A DNA stretch of 64,000 nucleotides from Mobula hypostoma (taxonomy: Eukaryota): positions 33,232,001 through 33,296,000 of the forward strand of contig NC_086108.1 in assembly GCF_963921235.1 (NCBI RefSeq), read 5' to 3'. The translations under genes and the position numbers were made by a program. This document shows, piece after piece, positions 50,722 through 63,858 of this stretch (position 1 is the stretch's first letter; each line of letters starts with the position of its first letter). Under the pieces are notes generated by a model. That model was not told the DNA's origin and made no database searches. It saw nothing but the letters and a program-made list of their open reading frames with translations.

Positions 50722-51189
50722 TATATCATCTTATGTCAATGTGAATGCTGACCTTTTTCCTCTTTATTTTGATATCTTTCTCACTCATTCTCTGACCCTG
50801 CATGCTTTAACCTTATTTAGTGAAGAGTAAGCAGAAAATATAAATATAAAAAGGAACTGGGGGAGTGTTAGATATTTTTGAGGGGTTTAAAGAAATGGTG
50901 ATGAAGGCAGGATACAAAATTGTTTTCAAAAGGGAAAATATGAATATTTGAAAAATTTTAAGGGCATGTAAAGAGAACAAGTGGGTAACCCTTCAGATAC
51001 CTAACACAAAAAGACATTGTGTTCTCATCATTAAGTTCAATTTGATATATAAAATAGAAAATGCTGGAAGCACTCAGTAAGGTAGGATAGTGTCTGTGGA
51101 AAGAGAAATGGATTTAATGTTTCAAACCATGACTCGTTTGAAAGGACTTGTTTGACAAGGGGTCCAACATCTGAAATCATGACTCTTGG

Positions 51190-52890
51190 TTTTTGAATTG
51201 AATTGAGTTGACTTTATTGACTTTATTTCTTACATCCTTCACGTACCTGAGGAGTAAAAATCTTTACATCTCTATCTAAATGTGCAATCATAATGATTTA
51301 TAATTATTTATAATAAATAGAACAGTCAATGTAATATAGAGTACACTCAAATCAGCGTTAGTTCATCAGTCTGATGGCCTGGTGGAAAAAGCTGTCCTGG
51401 AGCTTGTTGGCCCTGGCTTTTATGCTGTGGTACCACTTCCTGGATGGTAGTAGCTGGAGTAGAGTGTGGTTGGGGTGACTTGGGTTCCCAATGATCCCAT
51501 GGGCCCTTTTTACACACCTGTCCTTGGAAATGTCCTGAATTATGGGAAGTTCACAACTACAGATGCACTGGGCTGTCGGCACCACTCTCTGCAGAGTCTT
51601 GCGATTAAGTGGGGTACAGTTCCTATACCAGGCAGTATTGCAGCCAGGAGAAAACTCTTAGGATTTGGGGGCCCATACCAAACTTCCTCAACCATCTGAG
51701 GTGAAAGAGGCGCTGTTGTGCCCTTTTTACCACACAGCTGGTATGTACAGAGCACGTGAGGTCCTCGGTGATGTGGATGCCGAGGAACTTAAAGCTGTTT
51801 ACCCTCTCAACCCCAGATCCATTGATGTCAATAGGGGTTAGCTCGTCTCCATTCCTTCTGTAATCCACAACCGGCTCCTTTGTTTTTGCGACATTGAGGG
51901 AGAGGTTGTTTTCTTGACACCATTGTGTCAGATGGATGACTTCTTCCCTGTAGGCCGCTTCGTTATTGTTTGAGATTAGGCCAATCAATATAGTGTTGTC
52001 GGCAAATTTAATTAGCAGATTGGAGCTGTGGGTGACGATACAGTCATGGGTATACGGAGTAAAGGAGGGGACTCAGTACACAGCCCTGAGAGGCACCTGT
52101 ATTGAGAGTCAGAGGGTTGGAGGTGAGGGAGCCCACTCTTACAACCTGTCGATCTGACAGGAAGTCCAGGGTCCAGCTGCACAAGACAGGGTCAAGGCTG
52201 CGATCAAGCCTGGATGGAACTATGCTGTTGAATGCTGAACTGTAGTCCAAGATTCTCACGTAAGCATCCTTCTTCTCCAGATGTGTAAGGATGGTATGTA
52301 GAGCAGTGGCTATTGTGTTTTCTCTTGATCGATTGTGTTGGTACGCGAATTGTAGGGGGTCCAATTTGGGGTAGCAAGCTGCAAATATAATCCTTGATCA
52401 GGCTCTCAAAGCATTTGCTTATTATTGAGGTGAGTGCAACAGGACCCAGTTGTTCAGGCATGTTACCTTGGTCTTTTTTGGTACAGGGGCAATGGTGGAT
52501 AATTTGAAGCAAGAGGGCACTCTACACTGGGAGAGGGAGCAATTAAAAATATCTGTAAACACACCAGCCAGTTGTTCTGTGCACATCCTAAGTACTCGCC
52601 CTGGGATGCCGTCCAGTCCCGCAGCCTTGCGACTGTCCACTGGTTGGAAACAGCTGCGTACCTCAGCCTTGGAGATGACCAGGTTGCAGTGGTGGCTTTC
52701 CTCGGAGGCTCAGAGTTAGCAACATCGAACCTAGCATAAAAGCGATAGCGCTCATCTGGGAGAGGCCGCGATGATGGCGGCACCACTATGTTTTGCTTTG
52801 AAGTCTGTGATGGTATGCAGCCCTTGCCACAAGTCACGTGTGCTATTCGTTGTGAATCTTGGCTTAATCTGCTCCCTGTTTCGCAGCCTC
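51190..52890 (-). mobile_element. Rex1/Babar LINE RT region and 3' tail
   Basis: RKAAGLDGIPGRVL, DPLQFAY, LDYSSAFNSI, GASQGCVLSPLLYS, KFADNT, FKFLGIHI; tail at ~51195. Frameshifted. Confidence 0.92.
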
Positions 52891-52904
52891 CATGCATGAT
52901 GTCT

Positions 52905-53785
52905 AGTCATAGAGAAGTACAGCACAGAAACAGGCCCTTCTGCCCACCTAGTCCATGCCAAAAGTATTTAAACTGCCAACTCCCATCGACACGCATTGGG
53001 ACCATAGCCCTTCATATCTCTACTATCTATATACCTATCCAGACTTCGCTTAAACATTGAAATTGAGCTCGCATGCACCACTTGTGCTGGTAGCTCGTTC
53101 CACACTCTCACGAACCTTTGAGTGAAGACGGTTCTCCTCATATTCCCCTCAAACTTGACCTCTGGTTGTAGTCCCATCCAACCTCAGTGGAAAAAGCCTG
53201 CTTGCATTTATCCTGTCTATGCCACTCATAATTCTGTATACCTCTATCAAATCTCCTCTTAATTTTCAATGTTCTAAGGATTTGAGTTCTAGCCTATTTA
53301 ATCTTTCCTTATAACTCAGGTCCTCCAGACCCAGCAACATCCTTGTAATTTTCTCTGCACTCTTTCAAAGTAGGTATGTGACCAAAACTGCACACTATAC
53401 TCCAAATTAGGCCTCACCAACATCTTGTGTTGAAGTTGTATAACATCCCATTTCCTGAAGTTGTATAATCCCATTGTATAACATCAATGTACTATGTGCC
53501 AAAAGTTTTCTTTATAACACTATCTACCTGTGATGGCATTTTCAACAAATTATGGACCTGTTTTCTCAGATCCCTTTGCTCTACCACACTCCTCAGTGCC
53601 CTGCTGTTCACTGTGTAAGACCTACTCTGGTATTACCGAAGTGCAACACCTCGCACTCTTCTCCATTAAGTTCCATTTGCCATTTTTCAGCCCATTTTAC
53701 CATTTGGTCCAGATCCTGCTGCAAACTCTGATAATCTTCCTCGCTGTCCACTACACCCCCAGTTTTGGTGATCCAGTTAACCACT
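52905..53785 (-). mobile_element. CR1 LINE 3' fragment
   Basis: LQQDLDQMVKWAEKWQMELN, FTQRFVRVWNELP, gggcagaagggcctgtttctgtgctgta end. Confidence 0.85.
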
Positions 53786-54149
53786 GTCTGCTGAGTGTTT
53801 CTAATATCTTCTATTTTTATTTCAGATTTCAAACATTTTTTGTATGGATTTTTATTAGATGTACATTGTTCCTTTTGTAGCTCTAAGCTTCTGCATTGTG
53901 TTTGGTTTTGTATGTGTTTTAAGCCAGCTAATGTTTGTAACGACTGCTCGGCGCCCCCTTTCAACTGGCACTCAGATTCTGGTCATGCTGGTCGCTTATA
54001 TATTTTGTTGCATAAGATAGCAGGTGGAGTCACTGCCTACAAGAACCTTTATGAATTGCGAATATTGTTAAATGTGGAATAGAAATGTAAATTATTATTT
54101 TGCCAATTTATTTCTCATCAAATCCAGCACATCCTGGTGACTCTCACCA

Positions 54150-54665
54150 ATGTTTTATAGGTGCTCCATAGAGAGCATGCTAGCCAGATGTATCAGAGCT
54201 TGGTATGGGAGCTCCTTCCTCTATGGGAACTCCTCTGTCCAAGACTGCAGGTAATTGCAGAGAGCCCAGTCAGTCCATCATGAAAACCAGCCTCCCCTCC
54301 ACTGACTGCATCAGGAAAGCAGCCGAAATAATCAGACTCCTCCCACCCAGTAATTTTCTCCTCTTCCTTCTCCTATGGGGCAGAAGATACAAAATGCTGA
54401 GAACACATGCCACCAGGCTGAAGGACATCTTCTATCGCACTTTTATAAGACCATTGAACCGACCTCTTTTATGCTATAGATGAACTCCTGATTTCCTAAT
54501 CCCCCTCGTGTTCCTTGCACTGTACTTTCTCTGTAGCTATAACATAATATTCTGAATTCTGTGTATTTTTTTTCTTTTTCTACTACCTCAGTGCACATGT
54601 GGATGGCATGTAAACAAAAGTTTCTCACTGTATCTCGGTACACATGACAATGATAAACCAAATAC
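54150..54665 (+). mobile_element. Rex1/Babar-like 3' fragment
   Basis: LLWGRRYKMLRTHATRLKDIFY motif and catgacaatgataaacc tail. Confidence 0.55.
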
Positions 54666-55244
54666 CAGTTACGAGTTCATCAAGCTGAGATGAATTGGCC
54701 CCATCATCAAAACTTTCCCTAGCTGAAGATTTACTGCTTCATTGTGACAGTATGGAAGATAGATAGGTGTTGTACCATCCTTACAGGTTGGTGAGTCTTG
54801 CATCACTTGTAAGTAAATGATCGGAAAACTGAGAGGAGGAGTTTATCTGGACTTGGACAGACAGCGATAAATCAGAAATATTTATAGAGTGGCTTTGTTA
54901 AAGGGTCATACTGTCTAATGAATTTGATTAGAATTTTCAAAGTGTCATTTAAATATATTTATGAAATGATGGCCCAGATTGGAGGTGAAAGCCAGTTTCG
55001 CTCGCTCTCTGCGATGTTCACCCTTCTTTCCAGGGTGTAGGAGCCTTTTGCTGAGGTTGCTCCCAGGTACAGTCCGTTGCTTAGTCAATTTAAATGCCGA
55101 CTGAAAAGACAGGGTGTAGGGATCCAAGGTGAGAGCTGATTTTGCTCACTGTCCGTGATGGTCACTCCTCTCTCCATGGTGTGGAGACTAAGCAGACCAC
55201 CCCAGCTGCTGTGCTCTGTGCCCGTTAATATGTTGAACTGATGA

Positions 55245-55750
55245 GACCATAAGATATGGGAACAGAATTAGGCCATTTGGCCCATCGAGTCTGCTCCACC
55301 ATTTCATCATGGCTGATCTATTTTTCCTCAGCCCCAATCCCCTGCCTTCTCCCCATATCCCTTCATGCCCTGACCAATCAAGAATCTATTAGTCTCTGCC
55401 TTAAATATACACAGACTTGCTGAAGAGATTCTTTCTCATCTCCATTCCAAAAGGATACCCCTCTATTTTGAGGCCATGTCCTCTGGTCTTAGACACTCCC
55501 ACCATAGGAAACATCCTTTCCACATCCATTCTATCAAGACCTTTCACCATTCGATAGGTTTTATTGAGGTCACTTCTCAGTCTTCCAAATTCTAGTGAAT
55601 ACAGGCCCAGAGCCATCAAACGTTCTTCATGTGACAAGCCATTTCATCTTGGAATCATTTTTGTGAACCTCCTTTGAACCCTCTCCAGTTTCAGTACATC
55701 CTTTCGAAGTTAAGAGGCCCAAAAATGCACACAATAGATAAGCGAGGCTT
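55245..55750 (-). mobile_element. CR1 LINE 3' fragment
   Basis: SHEERLMALGLYSLEFGRLRSDL...RGHGLKIEG. Confidence 0.85.
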
Positions 55751-56611
55751 TGGGCCTACTCTGGGGTTTGGATCTGAGAAATGATCAATTTAGTTCTGAA
55801 TGTTGTTGCTGGCTTCAGTTGTCTGCATGATTTGTGTTTTATTTTCTTTCTTTTGCACATCAGGTGTTGGTTTATTATTATTTTTTTTTAAATTGGATTC
55901 TTTTAGGTTTCTTGTTTTGTGGCTGCCTGTAGGCAAACAAGTCTCAAGGTTGTATAATTTATACATTCTTTGATAATAAAGGTACTTTGAATTTTTGAAT
56001 CTAGAATCATTGAATATAGTGCTTGCTAGCAATTGTCTTTCTGAAATTACATTTACAGATAAATTACCTATGCAGGTCTTCCAGTGTGTAGGGGAGATAT
56101 TCCAATTTGCTCTTTTGCTGTCATACAATAACCTTTCGAATCAGAAATATGTGACTTTTGTGTAATTTGAACCAGAGAGGCTTCAGTCAGATACCATGAT
56201 CCTATACTCACAAACTTCTCAGGAGGATGTTTTGGCTTGGATGAAAGTGAAATGCTAGGACAAATCAAGTTGATATTTTAGCAAATGGCTGCTCATCAGA
56301 AGTACTCTAAAGCAAAGTTCTTGGCCTGAAATATTGACTTTGGCTTTCTCTGCATAGCTGCTCCCCAACCTGCTTGCTTACTAGCTTTTTCCTCTTTTAT
56401 TTAAGATCATGAACATTTTGCAGCAGTTGTTTTTGCAAAAGATTCAGCCTTCACAATTCAGGCTATCAATCAAAAGGTGAATATTCATAAACCGTGTGTT
56501 CTAAGTAAGCCAATTGATTTAGTAATTGAGCAAATTCTAAGAATTGGAATATTTCACCACTAGCGGTTTTCCCTCCATGAGTTGTGTTGTTTTCCTTTTT
56601 TTTTACTGTAG

Positions 56612-56757
56612 GTCGTGTGATATGTGACTTCGCTTGTTCAGGGGAACAGGAGATTGATCTGGCGGTGCAGAGTGCCAAGGAAGCATACACAGCTTGGAGT
56701 CGACTCTCAGGGTTAGAAAGAGGTCGCATCTTACTAGAAGCTGCAAGACTCATAAGG
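56612..56757 (+). CDS. ALDH9A1: ALDH9A1 coding exon 2 (exon 3 not found in window)
   Basis: Long T tract plus ctgtag acceptor; (G)RVICDFACSGEQEIDLAVQSAKEAYTAWSRLSGLERGRILLEAARLIR; GTATGA donor; 146 nt; phase compatible with exon 1. Confidence 0.95.
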
Positions 56758-57754
56758 GTATGAGAAATATATTTATGACCATGTTTGGATTTGTATAGCT
56801 ATGGTCAAGACAATGTTGGAAAATAGTTCTAGGGAGATATAGTCAGTCAAAATTTCACACCATGCCGTATCATTAGTGTGAGTCACTCAAAGGTAGATAA
56901 AAATTACAGAGCAGAGAAATGGGCCCTTCGACGTTCTGAGTCTGGGCCCACTAGCATCAACTATGGACTGACATTAATCCGACACTAATTCCATTTTATT
57001 CTCCCTAAACTCTCACCAATTGCTCCCAGATTCAACCACTCACCTATGTGCTAGGGGCATTTTATAGTAGCCGACCCCATCTCCCCTGCAGTTGCCTATG
57101 GAATGTGGCAGGAAACGGGAATTCCTGGAGGAATCACACATGGTCACAGGTGGAATGTGAAAACTCTGTGCGGACAGCATCAGCAGTCGGTATTGAACTC
57201 TAGTATCGAGGTCTGAGGCAGCAGGTCTGCCATCTGCCTCTGTCAACTGGTGTAGTAAGTGCCTTAAAGAAGGGTCACCATAGAGAGTGTGAGTGGGTTA
57301 AGGTGGCCGTTTTAGAGTTTGGTGCTTGATACAGAGGAGCTCGGGGTTGAAGGTTCAGAGAGTGTTCAGAAGCTGGTGAAGATCAGGTGGAACAAGGCTT
57401 TGTGGAAAAAGGTGGCACCAAGATGGAAATTTTTTAAGTGAGGTATTGCTGGACTGGGAGCCAAAGCTGCACAGGAAGCATCTGGAGGGCCCTGGGACTT
57501 GGTTAAGCTCAGAGCAATATCCTTGATAGACAAGTTCATAAAGAGTAATGGCTGAGAGGCTGGCCAAGATTAAAATAGTCATGGCAAAAGCATTGATTAT
57601 GGAAGATAAATTGTTGATGCAGTCAATGGACAATTTTAATGTGTTATGTATATGCAAAAGATATATAAATCGAGAATGTTGCCTTCAAGAATTACTGAGC
57701 AGAAACCAAGTACTTTAGAAAATGTGAATATCACCATTTGTGGTAAATAAGTAA

Positions 57755-59010
57755 CATAACATCATAAGATATAAGAACAGAATTAGGCTATTTAACCCAT
57801 GGAGTCTAATCCATCATTTCATCATGGCTGATCCAGATTTCCTCTCAGCCCCATTCTCCGGCCTTCTCTTCATATCCCATCGTGCCCTGACCAATCAAGA
57901 ATCTATCAACCTCTGCCTTAAATATACATAAAGACATGGCCTCCACAGCTGCCTGTGGCAAAGAATTTTCCATAGATTCACCACTTTTCTGTCTAAAGAA
58001 ATTCCTCCTCAGCTCTGTTCTAAAAGGGAGCCCCTCTATTCTGAGGCTGTGTCCCCTGGTCTTAGACTCTCACACCATCAGAGACATCCTCTCCACACCC
58101 ACTCTATCAAGGCCTTTCACCATTCCATAAGACATAGGAGCAGAATTATGGCCACTTGGTCTGTTAAGTCTGCTCCGTCATTCAATCATGGCTGATCCTT
58201 TTTTTTCCCTCCTCAGCCCCACTCCATGGCCACCTTCCTGTAACCTTCGATGTCATGTCCAATCAAGAACCTGTCAAGCTCTGCCTTAAATATACCCAAT
58301 GACCTGGCCTCCGCAGTCGCCTGTGGTAATAAATTCCACAAATTCACCACCCTCTGACTAAAGAACTTTCTCCACATCTCCGTTTCAAAGGGACACCCCC
58401 TATCCTGAGGCTGTGCCCTCTTGTCCTTGACACTCCCACCATGGGAAACATCCTTTCCACATCTACTCTGTCTAGGCCTTTCAACATCTGAAAGGTTTCA
58501 ATGAGATCCTTCTTCATCCTTCTAAATTCCAGCGAGTACAGATCCAGAGCTATCAAACGTTCCTTGTATGATAACCCTTTCATTCCCAGAAGCATCCTTG
58601 TGAACCTCCTTGGAACCTCGCCAGTGCCAGCACATATTTTCTTAGATAAGGAGTCCAGAACTATTCACAATACTCATGATGAGGCCTCACCAGTGTCTTC
58701 TAAAAGCCTCGGCATCGCATCCCTGCTCTGGTATTCTAGACATCTTGAAATGAATGCTAGCATTGGATTTGCCTTCCTCACCAGCAATTCTACCTGCAAA
58801 TAAATCTTTAGGTTGTTCTGCACAAAGAGCCCCAAGTCCCTTTGCATCTCAAATTTTTGGATGTTCTCCCCATTTAGAAAATAGTCTGCATATTCTACAA
58901 CCAAAGTGCATGGCAATGCATTTTCCAACATTATATTCTATTTGCCACTTTCTTGCCCATTCTCCTAATCTGTCTAAGTCCTTCTACACTCTACCTGTTT
59001 CCTCAACACT
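57755..59010 (-). mobile_element. Two abutting CR1 3' fragments (57755-58125 and 58126-59010)
   Basis: Two 3' tails (cataagatataag at ~57762, cataagacatagg at ~58126). Motifs SYKERLIALDLYSLEFRR and QRDLGLFVQ. Confidence 0.85.
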
Positions 59011-59074
59011 AGCTACCTATTTAGATTAATCAGCCTATTTAAATTGATCTCCATAGGCTAATTGCAAATTGGAA

Positions 59075-59570
59075 CATCAAAGTAAAAGTATGTTTTATTA
59101 TCAGAGTACATATATGTACCACATATAACCCTGAGATTCATTATCCTGTGGGAATACCCAGTGAACCCATAGAATAGTAACTATAACAGGGTCAATGAAA
59201 GATCAACTAGAGTGCAGAAGGCAAACTGTGCAACTGTAAATATAAATAAATAGCAATAAATAATGAGAACATGAGATAACAGATAAAATGTCCTTAAAGT
59301 GAGATCATTGGTTGTGGGAACATCTCAATGGATGTAGTTAATCCCTTTGTTCAAGAGCCTGATGGTTGAGGGAAAGTAACTGTTCTTGAACCTAGTGGTG
59401 CAAATCCTGAGGCACCTGATGGCAGCAGTGAGAGAAGAGCATGTCCTGGGTGGTGAGGATCTCTGATGATGGATGCTGCATTTCATGTAGATGTGCTCAA
59501 TGTTTGGGTGGGCTTTACTCATGACGTACCGGGCCAAATCCACTACCTTTTGTAGGATTTTCAAATTTTA
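59075..59570 (-). mobile_element. Rex1/Babar-like 3' fragment
   Basis: LQKVVDLARYVM...TTRFKNSYFPSTIRLLN. Confidence 0.65.
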
Positions 59571-60369
59571 CTTTGAGATTTTTGTCTTGCAAAAAGCATA
59601 ATACATGTTGAGCTGCTGTGTGGTAATGTTGGTTGGAACACTGGGTCTGAAGTGGGACGTGGATGATCGATTGATGGGTACGTTTCGTCATGTTAGACAT
59701 CTCCAAAATTTTTGTTTTGCGTTTTCAGTTTCCAGTGTTGAGCGTCAAGCCAAGATTTCAACAGTTCCTTTTCTCCACAGATCCTGTTCAGCCCAGAGTT
59801 CCAACAGTAGGTTGTTTGTTGCTCCAGATCCTAGTCCCTTGTATCTCCAGTGTGTATATCCTTGCTGCTTCTAGGGAAGGGTTAAGTTAGTTTCATTCAC
59901 TAAAGTCAGGTGGTTTTTCTGCTGAGAACGTGGTGCTGGGATAACATTGTCAACTGTCGGAGATTACACTGACAGTGTGTTTTCTGCCTGAAGGGTGTCT
60001 GACCTGCTGTAGGCCGGAAGCACTGATTGACTATTTTGTCTTTATGTCCATGATATTTGTAAGGCTGTGGAGTGGAAGCAAGTGTCGCTCTTTGGTGGAC
60101 TCACTAAATATGTGCTGCCTTTCCTAGTTTCTGATGTTAACCAAATGTAATACTGGGCCATCTTTGTGAACTGTGGGTGGTAATTTGATACAGTCGATTA
60201 GCTCTAGTAAACCAATGTGGGCTGGAGTTAGCCTGAATTGAGATAGGAATACAATTTTCCTACGCTAAGTGACATTTGGAAATGGTTGGTATTTTCAAGC
60301 TTTGTTTTCCATATTTTTATTAATAATGACCAATTATTGCCCAGTTATGGTAAGGGGGTAATGAAGCTG

Positions 60370-60690
60370 GGAAGGGTGGAGGAAATATTCAGGGCATAAG
60401 ATAGATGGTCAGTCTTTCTTCTCGGATAGGGGAATCTAAAATTAGGGAAATAAGTTGTGGAGAAGATTTTAAAGGATTTTTTCCACACAGAGGGTAACGG
60501 ATATAAGGAGCAAGCTACCAGAGGAAATAGTAGCAATGGGTACCATTACAGTGTTTAAAAGACAACTACCTAGAGAGCGAAGTCTAGAGGGCTATAGGCC
60601 AAACACAGGCAAGCGGGATAAGCACGGATAGATATCTTGGTTGGCATGGATGAGTTGGGCCGAAGGGCCTTTTTCACAACTTTATAACTC
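60370..60690 (+). mobile_element. Decayed CR1 3' fragment
   Basis: ttttccacacagaggg and ggcatggatgagttgggccgaagggcct. Confidence 0.6.
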
Positions 60691-61184
60691 GAAGACTATA
60701 GTTTTTCAAATGATGGGACTGGAGTGTCATTCTGTGACTCTTGGTTCAGTCTTCTGAATTATGGGTCCTATAGCATAACCACTGCACTGCGCTATGGTCC
60801 TTGTGAATCCAGCTGTGATCATGGCTAAAATCAGCTGAGTCAGTGTAGACTATGAGGTTAAATGCTAAGATGGTCTACAGTTCACATTAAATAGTGTCTT
60901 TATCCACAAGTTGTTAGTGCAAATCATAACGTGGTTTTGCTGTAGTGTCAATGATAGCTGCAAAATTCAAATAGAGGTTGTTTCCAGAGTTCCCTATGCA
61001 CAATTTGCTGTCTGTTTCCTATTTATGAAGAATCCCAGCTATGTATATGAAAGCTGAAATAAAAACAGAAAAAGCTGGAAAATAGAATCAGGTTGGGCAG
61101 CATCCTTGGAGAAGGAAATGGAGTTAATATTAGTTTGATGACCTTTCATTAGGTGTAGGAAAGGTTAGATATCAAAGATAGTTC

Positions 61185-61189
61185 AAAGC

Positions 61190-61231
<42 letters not shown>

Positions 61232-61580
61232 GCTGGAGGAACTCAGCAGGTCAGGCAGCATCAGTGGAAAAGAATAAATAGTCAACATTTCAGGCTGAAG
61301 GCTGAGACCCTTCTTCAGGACTGAGAAGGAGGGGAGAAGATGCCTGAATAAAAAAAGAGTGGGGGTGGGGAAGTGGTTAGCTGGAAGGTGATTGTTGAAG
61401 CCAGGTGGGTGGGAAAGGTCCCCTCCCCTGCCTTTTTATTCTGGCATCTTCTCCCTTCCTGAAGAAGGGTCTCATTCCAAAATGTCGACTCTTTTCCATA
61501 TTTGCTGCCTCGCCTGATGAGTTCCTCCAGCATTTTGTGTGTATTGCTTTAGATTTCCAGCATCTTTAGACTTGCTCGTG
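61185..61580. mobile_element. Older PLE-derived inverted-arm element (ALDH9A1 intron 2)
   Basis: aatgctggaggaactcagcaggtcaggcagca mirrored by tgctgcctcgcctgatgagttcctccagcatt. Decayed hammerhead boxes in both arms. Confidence 0.7.
61191..61228 (+). repeat. (AC)19 microsatellite
   Basis: Perfect dinucleotide run. Confidence 0.95.
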
Positions 61581-62265
61581 TTAAGGATGGTTTAAATTGC
61601 AGAAAAGCAGGAAGGCTGGAGAGAATGGAGGGATTGTTTGTGATAGATTGGAGATCAAGAGAAACTGGTGATGCCTGAAGAGGGCAATGGAGGCTTGTCA
61701 TAACTGATAATCTCTTTGGAGTTGTAGGTAGAAAAATGTGAATGAGCATAAAGAAGAGAGAAGGAAAAACAGTGCTGGATCTCTGGAGTACAGAATACTG
61801 CAGTCATTGGAAATGGAAAATGAAAGACAATGCTGGAAAGACTCAGCAACTTGGCCAGCATCTGTGGAGAAAGGAAAAACATGGAATAGTGTTCAAAAAC
61901 TCGTGATCATTTGTCAAAATTGGTTGGTTCTGATACAAACTAGAAAGCCTGGTTATCTGAAATTGTAGCATTCAACATTACCCTTTCAGTTTTTCCAACC
62001 TCTACAGTTAGTTTTTTTCACTTTTTTAAAAAGTTAAATCCGTCATCCTTGATCCACCCAATATCCTTTATCCAATATAAAGCCACAACAAACTGTCACC
62101 ACACAATGAGAGTAAATTATGCAAATACCTGAATTTACATGTGCCAGGCTTAGAAAACAGACAAAAATGTGGAGTTGAGGCCAAGATTCTTTAAATAATG
62201 GAGAAGGTATGATGAGCTTGATGGCCGCCTTCTGCTATTTCATGTGTTTGAAGAAGAGGGGTATA

Positions 62266-63858
62266 CAGGTGTCCCCCACTTTTCGAACGTTTGCTTTACG
62301 AAACCTCGCTGTTACGAAAGACCTACATTAGTTACCTGTTTTCGCTAACAGAAAGTGTTTTCACTGTTACGAAAAAAGGCAGCGTGCGCCCCGAGCAGCC
62401 AGGCTCCTCCCCCAGAACTGCATTCTAGCCGGCATTGCTTAAACACGTGCCTGTGAGCAGCTGTTAGCAAGATGAGTTCTAAGGTATCGGAAAAGCATAA
62501 AAGAGCTCGTAAGGGTGTTACATTTAGTGTAAAACTAGACATAATTAAGAGTTTTGATCGTGGTGAACGAAATAAGGGCAAAGTGAGTTTGGCTTGTGGA
62601 AGTTGACAAAGATGATGTTGAAGAGGTTTTGGCATCCCATGACCAAGAACTGATAGATGAAGAGCTGATGCAATTGGAAGAGGAAAGGATAACAATTGAA
62701 ACCGAATGCAGTAGCGAATGGACCAAAAGTGAAGTCGTCCAGGAACTGAACGTGAGGCAACTGCGTGAGATTTTCGCTGCAATGATAAAGTGCAACTTTA
62801 ATTTTGAAAGGGTACGTCGGTTTAGGGCATATTTGCAGGATGGTTTGAGTGCATACAAAGAACTGTATGATAGAAAAATCCACGAGGCTAAGCAGACAAG
62901 CATACTGTCGGTTTTCAAACTTTCCACATCAGCCACAGCAGACGACGAACCTCGACCTTCGACATTGAGGCAGGCAGGCATAGAAGAAGATGACCTGCCT
63001 GCCCTGATGGAAACAGACAACAATGACATGACACCCCAGTGTCCCACCACCCCAACCCCTGGGCCGCGGACTGATACATTGCCGCGGAGAATGCAGTGGT
63101 AGCTGGGATGCACCCAGCACATCTTTAAGGAAAAAGCCGAAATAAGCAAGCTAATTAATTAGGTGCCGCCCGGCACGTAATTGTCGGCGCAGATCAGAGG
63201 TGATTGCTGATTGCGTCACCTCTGATTTAGGCCGACATTTACGTGCCGAGCGGCACCCAATTAATTAGCTTGTTTATTTCGGCTTTCTTCTTAAAGATGT
63301 GCTGGGTGCGTCCCGGCTACCACTGCGTTCTTCGCGAATCGGTATCGGTCGGCAGCCTGGAGGGTGGGGACCACTGCACTACCCCAACCTCCGACGACTC
63401 AGCCTAACACACCATCATCAGTGTGCTCGGTGCTGTCTTCCCGATTCCGGTAAGTGATACTACGCTGTACATACATTATTTCTACTTTATATAGGCTGTG
63501 TATTTTTATTTGTTATTTGGTATGATTTGGCAGCTTCATAGCTTAAAGGTTACTGGAGAGAGTGTTTCTGCCGAGAGTGCTATTTTCGCTACGGAGAACA
63601 GTGCGGCAATGATTGTAGAAAAGTATTTCTACTTTATATAGGTTGTGTATTTATCATACCATTCCTGCTTTTACTATATGTTACTGTTATTTTAGGTTTT
63701 ATGTGTTATTTGGCATGATTTGGTAGGTTATTTTTTGGGTCTGCGAACGCTCACAAATTTTTCCCATATAAATGATCATTGCTTCTTCGCTTTACGACAT
63801 TCCGGCTTACGAACCATTTCATAGGAACGCTGTACCTTCGGATGGCAGGGGAAACCTG
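62266..63858 (+). mobile_element. Internally deleted Tigger/pogo-like DNA transposon, TA target duplication
   Basis: TA-CAGGTGTCCCC...GGGGAAACCTG-TA. N-terminal CENP-B-like HTH start MSSKVSEKHKRARKGVTFSVKLDIIKSFDRGE (62472) joined to the acidic C-terminus DDVEEVLASHDQELIDEELMQL. DDE domain missing. Confidence 0.85.
63083..63336. repeat. ~120-bp-arm palindrome inside the Tigger-like element
   Basis: gcagtggtagctgggatgcacccagcacatctttaag...atcagaggtga [12-nt loop] tcacctctgat...cttaaagatgtgctgggtgcgtcccggctaccactgc. Confidence 0.9.

Noticed and set aside
62535-63149. 204-aa minus-strand ORF
   Set aside because: Antisense shadow of the Tigger-like transposase C-terminus.
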